Origin: Anaerovoracaceae bacterium
Lineage (GTDB): Bacteria > Bacillota > Clostridia > Peptostreptococcales > Anaerovoracaceae
Assembly: GCA_045115935.1 (NCBI GenBank)
Contig: JBGULF010000035.1
Location: 9,162 to 73,161 of the forward strand
Direction of reading: 5' to 3'
DNA length: 64,000 nucleotides
Part shown: one piece after another, positions 1 through 14,200 of the stretch
How positions within the stretch are numbered: the stretch's first letter is position 1
How the letters are laid out: each line of letters starts with the position of its first letter
The notes under the pieces: generated by a model
Told to the model about the DNA's origin: nothing
The model's input: the letters and a program-made list of their open reading frames with translations, nothing else
Database searches by the model: none
Position numbers and translations under genes: made by a program

Positions 1-999
1 ATCGTATAAGGCTGGAACACGTAGTTCCTGATCTGTGAACCCCATGTAGCCATCGACTGGTCGCCCTTTATCTCGTTGAGGTTCTCCTTGTGTGCCTCCT
101 CTGCTATCCTTGTCAGCTTGGATATGAGGATCTTCATCGCGACCTCGCGGTTCATTATCTGCGAACGCTCATTCTGGCATGTGACGACTATACCGGTCGG
201 GATGTGTGTGATCCTTACGGCCGAATCCGTCGTATTTACATGCTGTCCTCCGGCGCCGCCCGACCTGTATGTGTCGATCTTCAGATCGTTCGGGTCGATG
301 TTGACTTCGATGTCGTCACCGATGTCCGGAACGACTTCCACCGCTGCGAATGACGTCTGTCTCTTGCCCATGGCATTGAAAGGCGAGATGCGCACAAGCC
401 TGTGCACACCGTTCTCTGACTTCAGCAGTCCGTAGGCGTTGTCACCGCTCACCTCGATAGTCGAACTCTTGATGCCGTAGTCGACGTCGTCCTGCCTGTC
501 GAGGATCTTTGTCTTGAAACCCTTCTTTTCGCAGTATCTTAGGTACATCCTCTCGAGCATCTCCGCCCAGTCGTTGGCATCGACTCCGCCCGTACCTGAA
601 TGTATGCTCAGTATACAGTCCTTGCTGTCGTATTTTCCGGACAGCAGCATGTTTGTCTTGAGGTCTTCCAGCTCATCCGAAAGTCTGGCGAAGCCTGCGA
701 TAACGCTCTTCGCTTCGTCCTCATCCTCAAGTTCTTCCGCTATATCTATAAGCTCGGGGAGCTCCTCAGCCTCTGAAGCGAGCCTTTCGTACAGACCCAG
801 CTTGTCCTCCAGAGATTTCTTCTCTTTGAGGACCTTCTGCGCGTTCTTCTGGTCGTTCCAGAAACCCTCTTTGAGGCTTTCATCCTCGAGCTCTTTTATT
901 CTTTTCCTGAGACCCTCCGGGTCAAAGATAACCTCCCACTTCCGCGATCTGCTCCTTGAGAGCCGGAAGCTGGCTTCTTATTTCATCAAGCTGTAACAT
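1..999 (-). CDS. prfB: Peptide chain release factor 2, 3' end cut by window edge; needs programmed +1 frameshift
   Basis: Split ORF absent from the track. Minus strand: GGAGG-4nt-ATG(999) [25 protein letters not shown], then TGA (924-922). The +1 frame continues [16 protein letters not shown]...[17 protein letters not shown]...[26 protein letters not shown]...[13 protein letters not shown] to the window edge. SPF and GGQ motifs of RF2 are present. Confidence 0.93.
921..937 (-). other. prfB programmed +1 ribosomal frameshift site
   Basis: GGGAGG (937-932) T TAT CTT TGA C (921). Internal SD-like element, slippery CTT and a TGA-C stop, the same architecture as the known prfB recoding site. Confidence 0.9.
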
Positions 1000-1074
1000 C
1001 GTTCCTCCAATTACGAATAGTAGTCAGCGTACATTATTTTTCCGCTGCTTTGTCGCTGCACAGAACCGTACGGT

Positions 1075-1179
1075 TCAGAAGTCCCATGTGTCGTACAGGC
1101 GGATGGAGATCACCGACAGCAGGCAGAACATCGCGAAGCCCGATTCAATTATTATGTGCAGGAATGTAACAAGATTCAT
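1075..1179 (-). CDS. Hypothetical 34-aa hydrophobic small protein
   Basis: ATG 1179 to TGA 1075: MNLVTFLHIIIESGFAMFCLLSVISIRLYDTWDF. One TM-like segment, located between the HAD gene and prfB. Only a weak GGAA RBS and no recognisable homology. Confidence 0.25.
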   Translation of the reverse strand: MNLVTFLHIIIESGFAMFCLLSVISIRLYDTWDF

Positions 1180-1186
1180 TTCCGGT

Positions 1187-1876
1187 TCATATCATCTCAA
1201 GCAGCTGCTCAGGTGTATCTATGCGGTATTTAGGCACAAAGCCTTCGGCCAGCATGGCCTCTTCATCGACATAGTGGCTCCAGCCGACTATCACGCTGTC
1301 TACCCCCGCGTTGTTTGCGCATCCTATGTCGTATTTAGTGTCGCCTATCATTACTGCAGCATCGCGCACATGTTCAGGTATGCCTGAACATTCATCATAC
1401 GGTTCTCCTGCATTAGCCATCATTTTTATCAGCAGCGCATCTATGGTCTCGGGATCGGGCTTGTGTGAAGACACATCATTCATGGTGACCACTTCATCCA
1501 CAAGCTGATCCATCTCAAGCTTCTTCATATAGTTCCGGAAGCTGTAGGCAGTTCTGGACGTGCCGACTCCTATGATGCATCCCCGCGCCCTGAGCTGCTC
1601 AAGGAGCTCCCTGACGCCCTCGAATACATACACTTCGTATTCCTGCTGGTGCGAGTCCTGATATGACCTGTAAAAGTCGACAACTTCATTCACCGGAGCA
1701 TCGGGTATCATCCTGCCGATCGTGTTCACGAGTATTTCCCCGAAGGAAGCCTCGATCTCCCTGACCGGCAGAGTGTGTCCCAGATAATGCTCATATGTCG
1801 CCTGCCACGATGCGACGATTATATCGTTTGTGTTGGCAAGAGTGCCGTCAAAATCAAATATTATGTATTTTTTCAT
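1187..1876 (-). CDS. HAD-IA family hydrolase (PpaX / phosphoglycolate phosphatase-like)
   Basis: 229 aa. FDFDGTL (DxDxT) nucleophile motif, GVGTSR, and GDTKYD motif IV. Confidence 0.8.
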   Translation of the reverse strand: MKKYIIFDFDGTLANTNDIIVASWQATYEHYLGHTLPVREIEASFGEILVNTIGRMIPDAPVNEVVDFYRSYQDSHQQEYEVYVFEGVRELLEQLRARGCIIGVGTSRTAYSFRNYMKKLEMDQLVDEVVTMNDVSSHKPDPETIDALLIKMMANAGEPYDECSGIPEHVRDAAVMIGDTKYDIGCANNAGVDSVIVGWSHYVDEEAMLAEGFVPKYRIDTPEQLLEMI

Positions 1877-1900
1877 GTATTATCACTGGTCCGGGTCGGT

Positions 1901-3853
1901 CTACCAGCCGCCGCCTCCGCCGCCGCCGCTTCCGCCGCCGCTGAAACCGCCTCCACTGAAGCCGCCTCCGCCGCTCCAGCTGCTTCCGCCGCCGCTTCCG
2001 CCGCTGCTCCAGCCTCCGCCGCTGCCGCCGGATGATGAAGGAATGACGATGCTGTTGTTTACGCTTGCGTTACAGTCGCTCATCATTCTTCCCATCATGT
2101 AGTAGTCAAAGGCGTCCATTCTGTCAGCGCCGCGGTACCAGTCCGGAGCATATACAGGCAGATCCTCGAAGTTCTTTATCCACTTGTTGCTCAGGCCGAA
2201 TACGTAAGCATAAGGCATTATGTGATAGAAGTATCCCGGATCTTCCTCGACGAGCTCATTCAGCTTGTCGAGCTCTGCTGTCTTTATGAAGTCTCTGAAT
2301 CCGAGCACTCTTCCGAGAAGGTCAGTGTATGCATCAGTCCTTGCGATAGCGATCACGGCAAAGAACATGCTGACCAGCGTACCTATCACAAGATACAGCA
2401 CCAGCGCCATTGCCTGAGGTCTCGAGAGAAGGGTGATCGCATCCGACACCAGCGGAAGTATGCCTACGCCCACAGTAAAGAACCAGATCGCGCCGAGGCT
2501 CTTAAGCACCGTCTTCACTTTCGAAGTGCCGCGGACATTGTCGTAGACGGAGCACATAAGATATACGGATATCAGGATATGAACGGCCGCCCAGCCGAGC
2601 ATGAATAGATCCATCTCATCACCGTTGACTCCCGCCCAGGTCACATATGCCGCTGACGGAACGATGGCAGCCACCGAGCAGCCGGCTCTTGCCATGCGCG
2701 AGTCAGGTCTGATGATGGCTTTGTTGCCTTCATACATTCCCTCAAGCTTTTCCTTCGCCTTGACAAACCTGTCTCCGAATGTATGCGAAGATGCAAGCTG
2801 AGTACTTGTCCTTACCCTCTTTTCTCCCGGGAATATGCCGAAATACATCTTTCTGACATAGTCAGGAACTTCCGGACCCGGGTCCTTTATGCCGATGAAT
2901 CTGAAGTTCTTTCTGCTTATCTCCTCTATCTCGAGGTATCCCTTATCTGCAAGGTATACGATAGTAGAGATCAGATCCTTCTTGTCGACCTTGCCGTCCA
3001 CAAGGTAGCCTACCTCGCCCGGAGTCAGATCATCCGGAGCGTAGAACTCAAGAGTCTTTACCATGTGCTTGTCTCTGCCGAAGAGGTACCAGAGCAGGAT
3101 CGCTCCGACAGGTCCGAGCAGGAACAGGAACATATTGGCAATGCTGAGTTTTCCGAATTCCGGTGCTCCTTCCCAGTATCCCTGAGGGAGCTCAAGCTGC
3201 AGTGTCACTCCGTGATGAGCCGGTATGTCATGTGCAGTGACAGTGATGGTCTTTCCGTCTTCGCTTGTTTCGAGAACGGCGTTGTCTTCGTTGGTATCGG
3301 TGCCGTATGAGCCCGAATAGACCTTCGCCTTGCTCAGATCGGCTTCCTTAGGAAGGTTGACCACGCACTTGCTCATTCCTATTTCGGTCTCCCAGTCAGT
3401 CGGGAGCAGGTTGAGGAGCAGCATGTCCTTCTCGTTATTCTCATCCTCGTACATCGCGATATTGTAATAAATGTCATAAGGATTCTCTCCGGTGAGCGTA
3501 TAGCTGCCGCTTCCGATCTTTAAGACCTGATATCCGGATTCCCTGTAGGCCTCATAGTCGTATCCCGGCACTTTGATCCCGGATAATTTCTGCCCCTGTG
3601 TAGGGATGTATCTGTAGATACCGTGATGAGCCGTGACATAGTACATATCGAGATGCTCATGGAAATCATATGAATTGTTTTCCGCAACATCGACGGTCAC
3701 ATCGTAGTTGATGGTATACATCGTGTTGTCGCTCGCATAGCTGCCCGTGCCGTCGGTCACGAACGGTATCGTCATGACTGCCAGTGCAGCTATTGCCAGC
3801 ACGGCCGCCGCCTTTTTCAGGATGCCGGTGCCGCTTGTTTTGATAGTTCTCAT
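1901..3853 (-). CDS. DUF2207-like membrane protein with Gly-rich C-terminal tail
   Basis: Track ORF 1901..4060 trimmed to ATG 3853 (AGGGGGA RBS); the upstream extension overlaps the LemA-like gene. MRTIKTSGTGILKKAAAVLAIAALAV anchor, large extracytoplasmic domain, C-terminal TM helices, then the tail SSSGGSGGGWSSGGSGGGSSWSGGGGFSGGGFSGGGSGGGGGGGW. Architecture and LemA neighbour are typical of DUF2207. Confidence 0.7.
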   Translation of the reverse strand: MRTIKTSGTGILKKAAAVLAIAALAVMTIPFVTDGTGSYASDNTMYTINYDVTVDVAENNSYDFHEHLDMYYVTAHHGIYRYIPTQGQKLSGIKVPGYDYEAYRESGYQVLKIGSGSYTLTGENPYDIYYNIAMYEDENNEKDMLLLNLLPTDWETEIGMSKCVVNLPKEADLSKAKVYSGSYGTDTNEDNAVLETSEDGKTITVTAHDIPAHHGVTLQLELPQGYWEGAPEFGKLSIANMFLFLLGPVGAILLWYLFGRDKHMVKTLEFYAPDDLTPGEVGYLVDGKVDKKDLISTIVYLADKGYLEIEEISRKNFRFIGIKDPGPEVPDYVRKMYFGIFPGEKRVRTSTQLASSHTFGDRFVKAKEKLEGMYEGNKAIIRPDSRMARAGCSVAAIVPSAAYVTWAGVNGDEMDLFMLGWAAVHILISVYLMCSVYDNVRGTSKVKTVLKSLGAIWFFTVGVGILPLVSDAITLLSRPQAMALVLYLVIGTLVSMFFAVIAIARTDAYTDLLGRVLGFRDFIKTAELDKLNELVEEDPGYFYHIMPYAYVFGLSNKWIKNFEDLPVYAPDWYRGADRMDAFDYYMMGRMMSDCNASVNNSIVIPSSSGGSGGGWSSGGSGGGSSWSGGGGFSGGGFSGGGSGGGGGGGW

Positions 3854-3866
3854 GGCAGTATCCCCC

Positions 3867-4148
3867 TTAGAGACCTTCATCGAATTCCTCAGTATGCATC
3901 TTAGGAAAGTTGAACATATTTGCGACAAGGCTGGTCGGGAAGCTCTCGACCTTGTTGTTGTAGTCGCGGAGAACCGCGCTGTAGTACTTCTTTGCGTTGT
4001 CGATGTCCTTAGGATCGCCCGCTTCCTCGTACTTGCGGAGCTCGACCATGGCGAGCTCAATGCGGTTTTTGTCCTTTGTCAGTGAATTGTATGTGACCGC
4101 GAAGAACACTGCTACTGCGATCACCAGAATGATTACAAATGTCAGCAT
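3867..4148 (-). CDS. Short LemA-like membrane protein
   Basis: 93 aa. N-terminal TM helix followed by YNSL. The C-terminal YNNKVESFPTSLVANMFNFPK resembles the LemA C-terminal motif. About half the usual LemA length. Confidence 0.6.
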   Translation of the reverse strand: MLTFVIILVIAVAVFFAVTYNSLTKDKNRIELAMVELRKYEEAGDPKDIDNAKKYYSAVLRDYNNKVESFPTSLVANMFNFPKMHTEEFDEGL

Positions 4149-4187
4149 GCCGGACTCCTTTCGTTCCTGGTATTTTAACTTCTATTA

Positions 4188-6953
<2,766 letters not shown>

Positions 6954-6973
6954 TGATATATCTTCCTTTCGTT

Positions 6974-8233
6974 TCAATCCTCATCTTCAGGCTTGTCCTT
7001 GACCGCGATGCGCGTCATGAGAGCGCGCCTTGCATCGGCCTTGGTCACCTTGACGTGGAATAATTTGTGTTTTGATTCATAATCGAACTCATCGCCCACC
7101 TTAGGCAGTCTGTCGAGCTCTATCATTACCCATCCGTTGATCGTTGTGGCGTCCGCCTCGATCTCCTCGTCGAACATCTCAAAGAAGTCCTCGAGGTTGG
7201 CTCCGCCTGCCACCATGTAGACGTCATCGCCTGCCGGTCTGACATCTCTCGATGTGACGGTGTCGTGCTCATCATAGATATCGCCTACTATCTCTTCGAT
7301 GATATCCTCCAGGGTGACCAGACCGGTCGTGCCGCCGTATTCGTCGACAACGATCGCGATATGCGTCCTCTTGGCCTGCATCTTTTTGAGAAGTACGGCA
7401 GCCTTGAGAGTCTCGGCTACATAGGCCACCGGCTTTATGATCTTTTCGGTATCCTTTATTGTCTTTACGTTGTTGTTGTAAAGATCCTTCTGGTTGATTA
7501 CTCCAATGATGTCATCGAGGTCATCCTCGTACACAGGCAGTCTTGAGAGGCCGGATTCCTTGAAGACCTTTTTGATCTCCGAAACAGGCGTGCCTCTTTC
7601 GACCGCAACAATATCGACCCTCGGAGTGAGGATGTCGATAGCTTCTATGTCGTTGAATTCGATCGCATTTGCGATGAGCTCGCTCTGCTCCTCGCCTATC
7701 GCCCCGCCGGCCTCAGCCTCTTCGACTATGGTCAGCAGCTCATCCTCGCTGAACTCCGGCCCGTCCTTCTTGCCGAAGACCTTCTTGAGGAAGATCTTGA
7801 GTCCGTTGAAAATGAATGTCAGCGGCGTCAGTATGAATATGAGCGCTCTGACGAAAGGCGTCAGCGCGAGCGCGGTCTCCTCGGCGTATTCTCTTGCGAG
7901 TATCTTAGGTGAGATCTCGCCGAATACAAGTACGAGGAAAGTGACCATGACGGTGGCGATGGTCGGTCCGACCTTTGCTCCCCATGTCATGATGCCGTAC
8001 ACAGTTGCGACGGTCGTCATGGTGATGTTGGATATGGTGTTTCCGACCAGCACCGCAGTGATCAGCTTGTCGAAATCCTCGCAGAGTCTGAGCGCATATG
8101 CCGCGCGCTTGTTGTCATCAGCCGCGAGGTTCTTGAGTTTTATCTTGTTTGCCGAGCTGAACGCCGTCTCGGTAGCCGAGAAGAACGTTGAGCTCAGCGT
8201 AAGAAGTATTATTGCTATTAAATATCCGTTCAT
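6974..8233 (-). CDS. HlyC/CorC-family transporter (DUF21/CNNM + CBS pair + CorC_HlyC)
   Basis: 419 aa. N-terminal 4-TM DUF21-type region (ETAFSSANK...), a CBS pair, and a C-terminal CorC-type domain. The ATG overlaps the stop of the upstream giant gene (TAATG at 8231-8235). Confidence 0.85.
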   Translation of the reverse strand: MNGYLIAIILLTLSSTFFSATETAFSSANKIKLKNLAADDNKRAAYALRLCEDFDKLITAVLVGNTISNITMTTVATVYGIMTWGAKVGPTIATVMVTFLVLVFGEISPKILAREYAEETALALTPFVRALIFILTPLTFIFNGLKIFLKKVFGKKDGPEFSEDELLTIVEEAEAGGAIGEEQSELIANAIEFNDIEAIDILTPRVDIVAVERGTPVSEIKKVFKESGLSRLPVYEDDLDDIIGVINQKDLYNNNVKTIKDTEKIIKPVAYVAETLKAAVLLKKMQAKRTHIAIVVDEYGGTTGLVTLEDIIEEIVGDIYDEHDTVTSRDVRPAGDDVYMVAGGANLEDFFEMFDEEIEADATTINGWVMIELDRLPKVGDEFDYESKHKLFHVKVTKADARRALMTRIAVKDKPEDED

Positions 8234-11200
8234 TATTCCTTTCCGGAGATCTCCCAGACGATCGTTGTATCGATCTCAGGAGTCTCGAAGTTTTCGTTAT
8301 CGTATGTCAGATACGCCTTGGCGGTGTACTTGCCCGGAGCGATAGCTCTGTTGTCCCTGTATCTGACCGCGATCTGCCATGGAACATTCTTCAGCGTGAT
8401 GTGCTTTTCAGTTCCGTCGTATTCGAAAGGCTCTTCGTAATCCCAGTGAACTGCTGAAGTATCGTACTTCGCTCTGAGAATCCTCCACTTGAGGTCAGGT
8501 ATCTCGACGGCTTCACAGTTGCGTGTGTCGTAGATGAGCCTTGCCCTTGCGGTGTATGTGCCTGCGTTGATCTTGGAATTGTCTGTATATACAACTTCGA
8601 TGTCTTCAGGCACGCCTTCGAGCTTCACTTCCTTAGCCTTGTCGTCATATACGAATACTGTGTCATCGCCGTAGTTCCACTTCACCTCTGAGAGATCGAG
8701 CGGCTTCTTGGCGATCTTCCATCTGAGTTCAGGTACTGACGGAGCTTCGAAGTTCTCCTTGTGCTTGTAGCTGAGCTTAGCTTCAGCGGTATATCCGCCT
8801 GCATCGACACCCTTGTTTCCTACGTATGCGTCTACTCTGACGCCGTCAGGCAGTCCGACCAGCCTTACGCTCTTTTCCTTGCCGTCATATACGAACTCTT
8901 CATCGTAATTCCAGCGTACCTCAGACATGTCGTAGCACGCCTTGTCGATGTGCCACCAGCATCCGCTTACAGGAGCAGGAGCCTCGTAATTGACCGGATC
9001 CTTCGCCTCTACGACAGCCATGGCCTCGTATTCGCCGGAGTTAACGGCTCTGTTGTCGGTGTATGTCACCTTGACCGTCTCCGGAAGGCCGGCGAGTTCA
9101 ACGCATTTCTCTTCGTTATCGAATGTGAATGGTCCCTCGTAGTTCCAGTGTACGCCGCTCATGTCGATAGGCGCCTTCAGGATCTCCCACTTGAACGGCG
9201 GAAGTATGCGCTCGGTGTAGTTACCCGGCTCTCTGTTGATCAGCTTTGCAGTCGTATAGTAGACGCCTGCGTCAGTCGCTGTCTCTCCTTCGTAAACAAC
9301 GTCGAATCCTTCAGGGATACCTGCAAGGAACGTTTCAGGAGTAACTCCGCGCAGTTTCTCGAAGAAGCCGAGCTGGCGGGTCTTTGTGGCGATGCATACG
9401 CTCTTCGGAGTTCCGTCGTACATATACGGACCGTCATATACCCACTCCACTTTGTCTGCATCGACTTCAACAGCGGCAGGTGCGATGTTCCAGCTGCAGC
9501 CTCCGAATACAGGCTGCTCATAGTTTTCAGCATCATACTGAAGGTCGACCGAAGCTTCATAAGATCCGGCATCCGTTGCCGTATTGCCCGTATAGACCGG
9601 TGTGACACCCTCAGGCAGGCCTTCGATGTAAACCGACTTCTCGCTTCCGTCGAATGTGAATCCGGTGATGCCGCGCCATGCAGCCTGCGACATATCGTAT
9701 GAAGCCTTGCTGATGCGCCACTCGCAGCCACCCATTTCAGGTGTGTTATAGTTGTCTGCATCGTACTGAAGGTCGGCCGATGCGCTGTAGCTGCCTACGT
9801 TTACCGCGGTGTTGCCGTGGTATACAGGAGTAACTCCTTCAGGGAGGCCGGCGATATATACTGACTTCTCGCTTCCGTCATATACGGACTTGAATTCGCC
9901 TTCCCATCTTGCGCCGGACATGTCGTATGTGGCCTTCACTATGCGCCACTCGCAGTCTCTTATCGAAGTGCCGTTGTAGTTTGCAGGATCCTTAGGCGTG
10001 AGTTCGGCATGCGCGGTGTAATTGCCGGCTGCCGATGCCGTGTTGCCTGTATACTCAACGCTGAGTGATCCCGGAATGCCCTCGAGCTTTACGGACCTGA
10101 CATCGCCGTTATATACAAACGCGCGCGAGTAGTCCCATCTCAGTCTGCGGATGTCCGGATCAGCCTTTTCGATCGCCCACTCGCAGCTCATCTCTTCCGG
10201 TACATTGAAGTCCGAAGTGTCAATGCCGAATCTTGCCACGGCTCTGTATGTGCCTGCATTGACTGCAGTGTTGCCCTCATAGCTGACGCTTACTCCTTCA
10301 GGAATGCCTGTCAGCTGTATCCTCTTCGGTGTTCCGTCAAATACGTAGCTGCCGTCATAATCCCATGCGGCTCCACTCATGTCGTAGTCGGCCTTGTCGA
10401 TGCTCCAGTCGATCCTGACCGGTTCAGGCGCCCTGAAGTTGCTGTCGGATGTTGCGAAGCTGGCGGTAGCGATATAATTGCCCGCCTTGTCAGCGCTGTT
10501 TTCATTGTATTCAGCCGTCACATTCTCAGGCAGACCTGTCAGTTCGATGGTCTTTCTGCCGCCGTCGTATGTGAAGCAGCCAGGTTCGTAGTCCCATCTG
10601 ACCGCGGACATGTCGTAATCGGCTTTCTCGATCTCCCAGTCGCAGTCTGCAACGGACGGTGTGTTGTAGTTCGCAGGGTCAGATACCGTAAGCGTCGCTT
10701 TTGCGGTATATCTGCCGGCTTCCTTGCCCTCGTTGCCGGAATAGTCCGCCTTGATGCCGTTCGGGAGCTGCTCGAGCATTACACTCTGCTCTCTTCCGTT
10801 GAACACCTTAGGATTGTTGTAGTCCCATCTGACTGCGGACATGTCGTAGTCGGCCTTTACGATCTGCCACTTGCAGCTCTCGATGACCGGCTGATTGTAG
10901 TTGTATGAGTCATAAGGAATGAGCTCTGCAGCAGCTTCGTATGAACCTGTGTCAGCAGCAGCATTGCCGGAGTATACGGCTCTGACTCCGTCAGGAAGTC
11001 CTCTGAGCGATACTTCGTGCATCCTTCCGTTATATCTGAATTCACCTTCATAATCCCAGAAAGCTCCCGACATGTCGTAATCGGCCTTCCTGATCTCCCA
11101 CTCGAGTTCCATAGGCTCAGGAGTGTTGAAGTTGCGGCTGTCTGCCGCTGTGAACGTAACGCTTGCCCTGTATTTGCCGGCATCGCGCATCGCGTTTCCT

Positions 11201-14200
11201 CTGTATGTAGGGAGAACGCCCTCAGGCAGTCCCTTCAGGACCACTCTGAACTCACTGCCGTCATATGTGAAAGGCTTGTCGTAATTCCAGCGTACATGGC
11301 TCATATCGTAATCGCCCTTTTCGATCCTCCATGTGAGGTGCTCGAGTCTGGATTTTTTAAGGTTCTCCATGTCGTCAGGAATGATCTCGGCAGCGGCTAC
11401 ATATGTGCCGGCCTGGCTGGCCTTGGCGTTGCTGTACTTGACCATTGTGCCTTCTGGCACGTTTCTGACAGCGACCGTCTTCTCGGTGCCGTCGTAAACG
11501 AAGGACTCATCATAATCCCAGCTGACTGCAGATATGTCTACCGGAGTCCTTTCGATCACCCAGTGGCATGTTGCGACTTCAGGCTTGTTGTAGTTCTTCT
11601 CATCGTACAGGAATCCGGCTCTCGCGGTATATTCACCTGCTGCCGAAGCCGAGCTGCCTTCGTACTCAGGTGTGAGGCCTTCAGGCAGTCCTGTCAGCCA
11701 GATGCCCTTTGTATCGCCGTCATACGAGAATTCCCTGTTCTCCTGCCATCTGACTTCGCTCATGTCGAACGAAGCCTTCTCGATGCACCAGTCGAGCATC
11801 ATGTCAGGGATGTTGTCCTCGTAATTATCAGGATCCTTGACGCTGAACTTCGCAGTCGAGGTGTATGCGCCCGCATCAGTTTCGGTTGCGTTGAAGTACT
11901 CTGCGGATACTCCGTCAGGGAGTCCTGCGACACTGACAGTCTTAGGGCTGCCGTCATAGACGAACGGCTCGCTGTAGTCCCAGTAAGCTCCGCTCATGTC
12001 GAACTGCGCCTTGCTGATGCCCCATGAGCAACCCTGCGGATCAGGGGCTCTGAAGTTGTTGTCATCAACAGGTGAGAAGATCGCTTTTGCGAAGTATCTG
12101 CCGGCGCCTTCTGCTGTGTTGCCTGTGTATTCGACATTGACGGCATCGCCGAGGTCGTTGATTATGCTTACGGATTTCTCGCTTCCGTCGTATACGAAAC
12201 CAGACGAGTCTGTCCATGACAGCTGCGGCAGTTTATACTCCGCCTTGTCAATCGACCACGAGCAGCCGTTGACCTCAGGCACCTCGTAATTGTTTGCGTC
12301 GGTCGGTACGAGCACCGCGCTTGCGGCATACATTCCCGCCTCTACGAATGTGTTGCCGCTGTACTCAACTTCAACTCCCTCAGGAACGTTGACCAGAACG
12401 ATCCCGTGCTCGTTTCCGTCATATTCGAACGGCTCAGAATAATCCCAGCGTACATCCGAAATATCTATCCTGTTCTTCAGTATCCTCCATCTGCAGTCCG
12501 CAGGGGATGCTACTTCGAGGTTGTCTCCGTCGAATTTCAGTCTGGCATGCGCATTGTAGATGCCTGCATCGTATGCGGAAGCGTTCTCATACTCCGCATA
12601 AACGCCCTCAGGCAGTCCTTCGAGCTCCACGCCTTTGGCCTCTCCGTCATAGGTGAAAGGTGCGTCATAGTTCCATCTTACGCCGGACATGTCGACAGTC
12701 TTTTTAGCGATACTCCAGCCTGTGGTCATGTCGTCAGGCGTATTGTAGTTGTGTGTGTCAGGATTGATGAAGGAAACGCGTGCGGTGTATTCGCCGGCTC
12801 TTCTTCCCTCATTTCCGCTGTATCTGACTCCGAGCTCCTTAGGATACGATGCCAGCTGTACGCCGTGCATCTCTCCGTCGTATTCGAAATCCGTGTCTGC
12901 GCACCATGCGGCACCGGACATATCATAGGAAGCCTTTGCGATCTCCCATTCATACTCCGCCGGGCCCATGAGGCAGTAGTTGCCTTTCAGGGATGCTCTC
13001 GCGAGATACTTTCCGGCCTGGGACTCCTCTGCTCCGTCATATTCAACGTCAGCATCCTCAGGCAGATTCGTGATGAACACCTTCTTCGGTTCGCCATCGT
13101 ATACAAAGTCTTCACAGCCCGACCACTCGAGGTCCGCTGCATCGATCTCTACCTTTTTTATCTCCCATACGCACGGAGCCACATCCTGCGGCTTCTCGTA
13201 ATTGGAGCCGTCATAACTGAATTTTGCTCTTGCGGTATAGACACCGGCTTCTCTGCCTGAATTGTTTTCATAAGAAGCAGTGACGCCCTCAGGCAGTCCC
13301 TTGAGCTCTACGGAATGCTCAGCGCCGTCATATCCGAACGGACCGTCATATACCCAGCCTACCTGCGACATGTCGTAGGTTCCCTTGCGGATCGTCCACT
13401 CGTGTTCGCGGACTATGAGCGGCTCATTGAAGTTATCCTGATCGAAATCGAAGCTGAGCGTCGATGTGTATGTGCCTGCCTCGACTCCCTCGTTTCCTTT
13501 ATATTTAGGCACGACGCCTTCAGGCAGTCCCTCGAGCCATACGCGCTTGACGCTGCCGTCGTAAGTCATGTCATCTTCTTCTGCCCAGCGCACTCCGGAT
13601 ACATCGATGTTGGCTCTGCTGATGCTCAGCTTAACGGCATTCGAAACCGCTTCGCCAATGCTGTTTGCAGCGTGGAGTCTCAGAAGATATCCGTCGCATG
13701 ATACAGGAAGGATGGCGTTATGGTTGATCGGACGCCAGCTGCCTTCTTCTCCTGTAGCGCTTATTTCAAGATATCCCGTGACTTCAGGGTCATTTACGGA
13801 AATGATGTCCGGAAGTTCGAACGGAATGGTCTCTCCGAACGAGAAAGGAGCCGGTTCGCTGACCTCCCCGATTTTCGGAGCATGTCCCCATATAGCGTAA
13901 AGATCGAGATCCCTGTCGACCGACTTGACATCTGATCCGGCCGGAAGTGCAGCTCCTTTTCCGTCAGGACGCGAGTTCCATGTCATGAACTTCCAGCTTT
14001 CATCAGGTCTGTCAAACATAGGTGTCTCTATCTGATATCCCGCGTTAGGGATCGTGCGTCTTTCCTCAACGATCTCTTCAGCCTCGCCGTCAAAGTTGCT
14101 GTGATAAAGCACCCTGAAGCCCTCTACTGCTATCGGCTTTGCCTTTTTGTACTTGCCGTATTCCTTCACTGCAAGTCTGCCGCAGTCCGTGCTTCCGTCG

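Noticed and set aside
1901-2040. GC-rich triplet-repeat DNA (gccgcc / ggnggn runs), considered as a possible microsatellite or CRISPR-like repeat
   Set aside because: It is the coding sequence for the Gly/Ser tail of the DUF2207 protein. It has no spacer/repeat organisation. The plus-strand Pro/Ala-rich ORFs (1775..2035, 1830..2102) are its antisense artefacts.
3854-4060. N-terminal 69-aa extension of the 1901..4060 ORF
   Set aside because: The extension (MSSPWSSSASTRKRAILRTSTTQRS...) overlaps the LemA-like gene in another frame and has no RBS. ATG 3853 has AGGGGGA upstream and starts a proper signal/anchor sequence.
6954-6977. TTG start of secA at 6977, and ATG 37462 as start of the ABC ATPase
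   Set aside because: Both would add non-homologous N-terminal residues and overlap upstream genes. The internal starts (ATG 6953 and GTG 37414) have proper SD sequences and give canonical N-termini.
8761-13260. Several 280-340-aa plus-strand ORFs (8761..9702, 11017..12027, 12406..13260) inside the giant gene
   Set aside because: They are antisense to a 2128-codon ORF that has a coherent 23-repeat protein structure. Their periodic similarity merely mirrors the repeats on the other strand.
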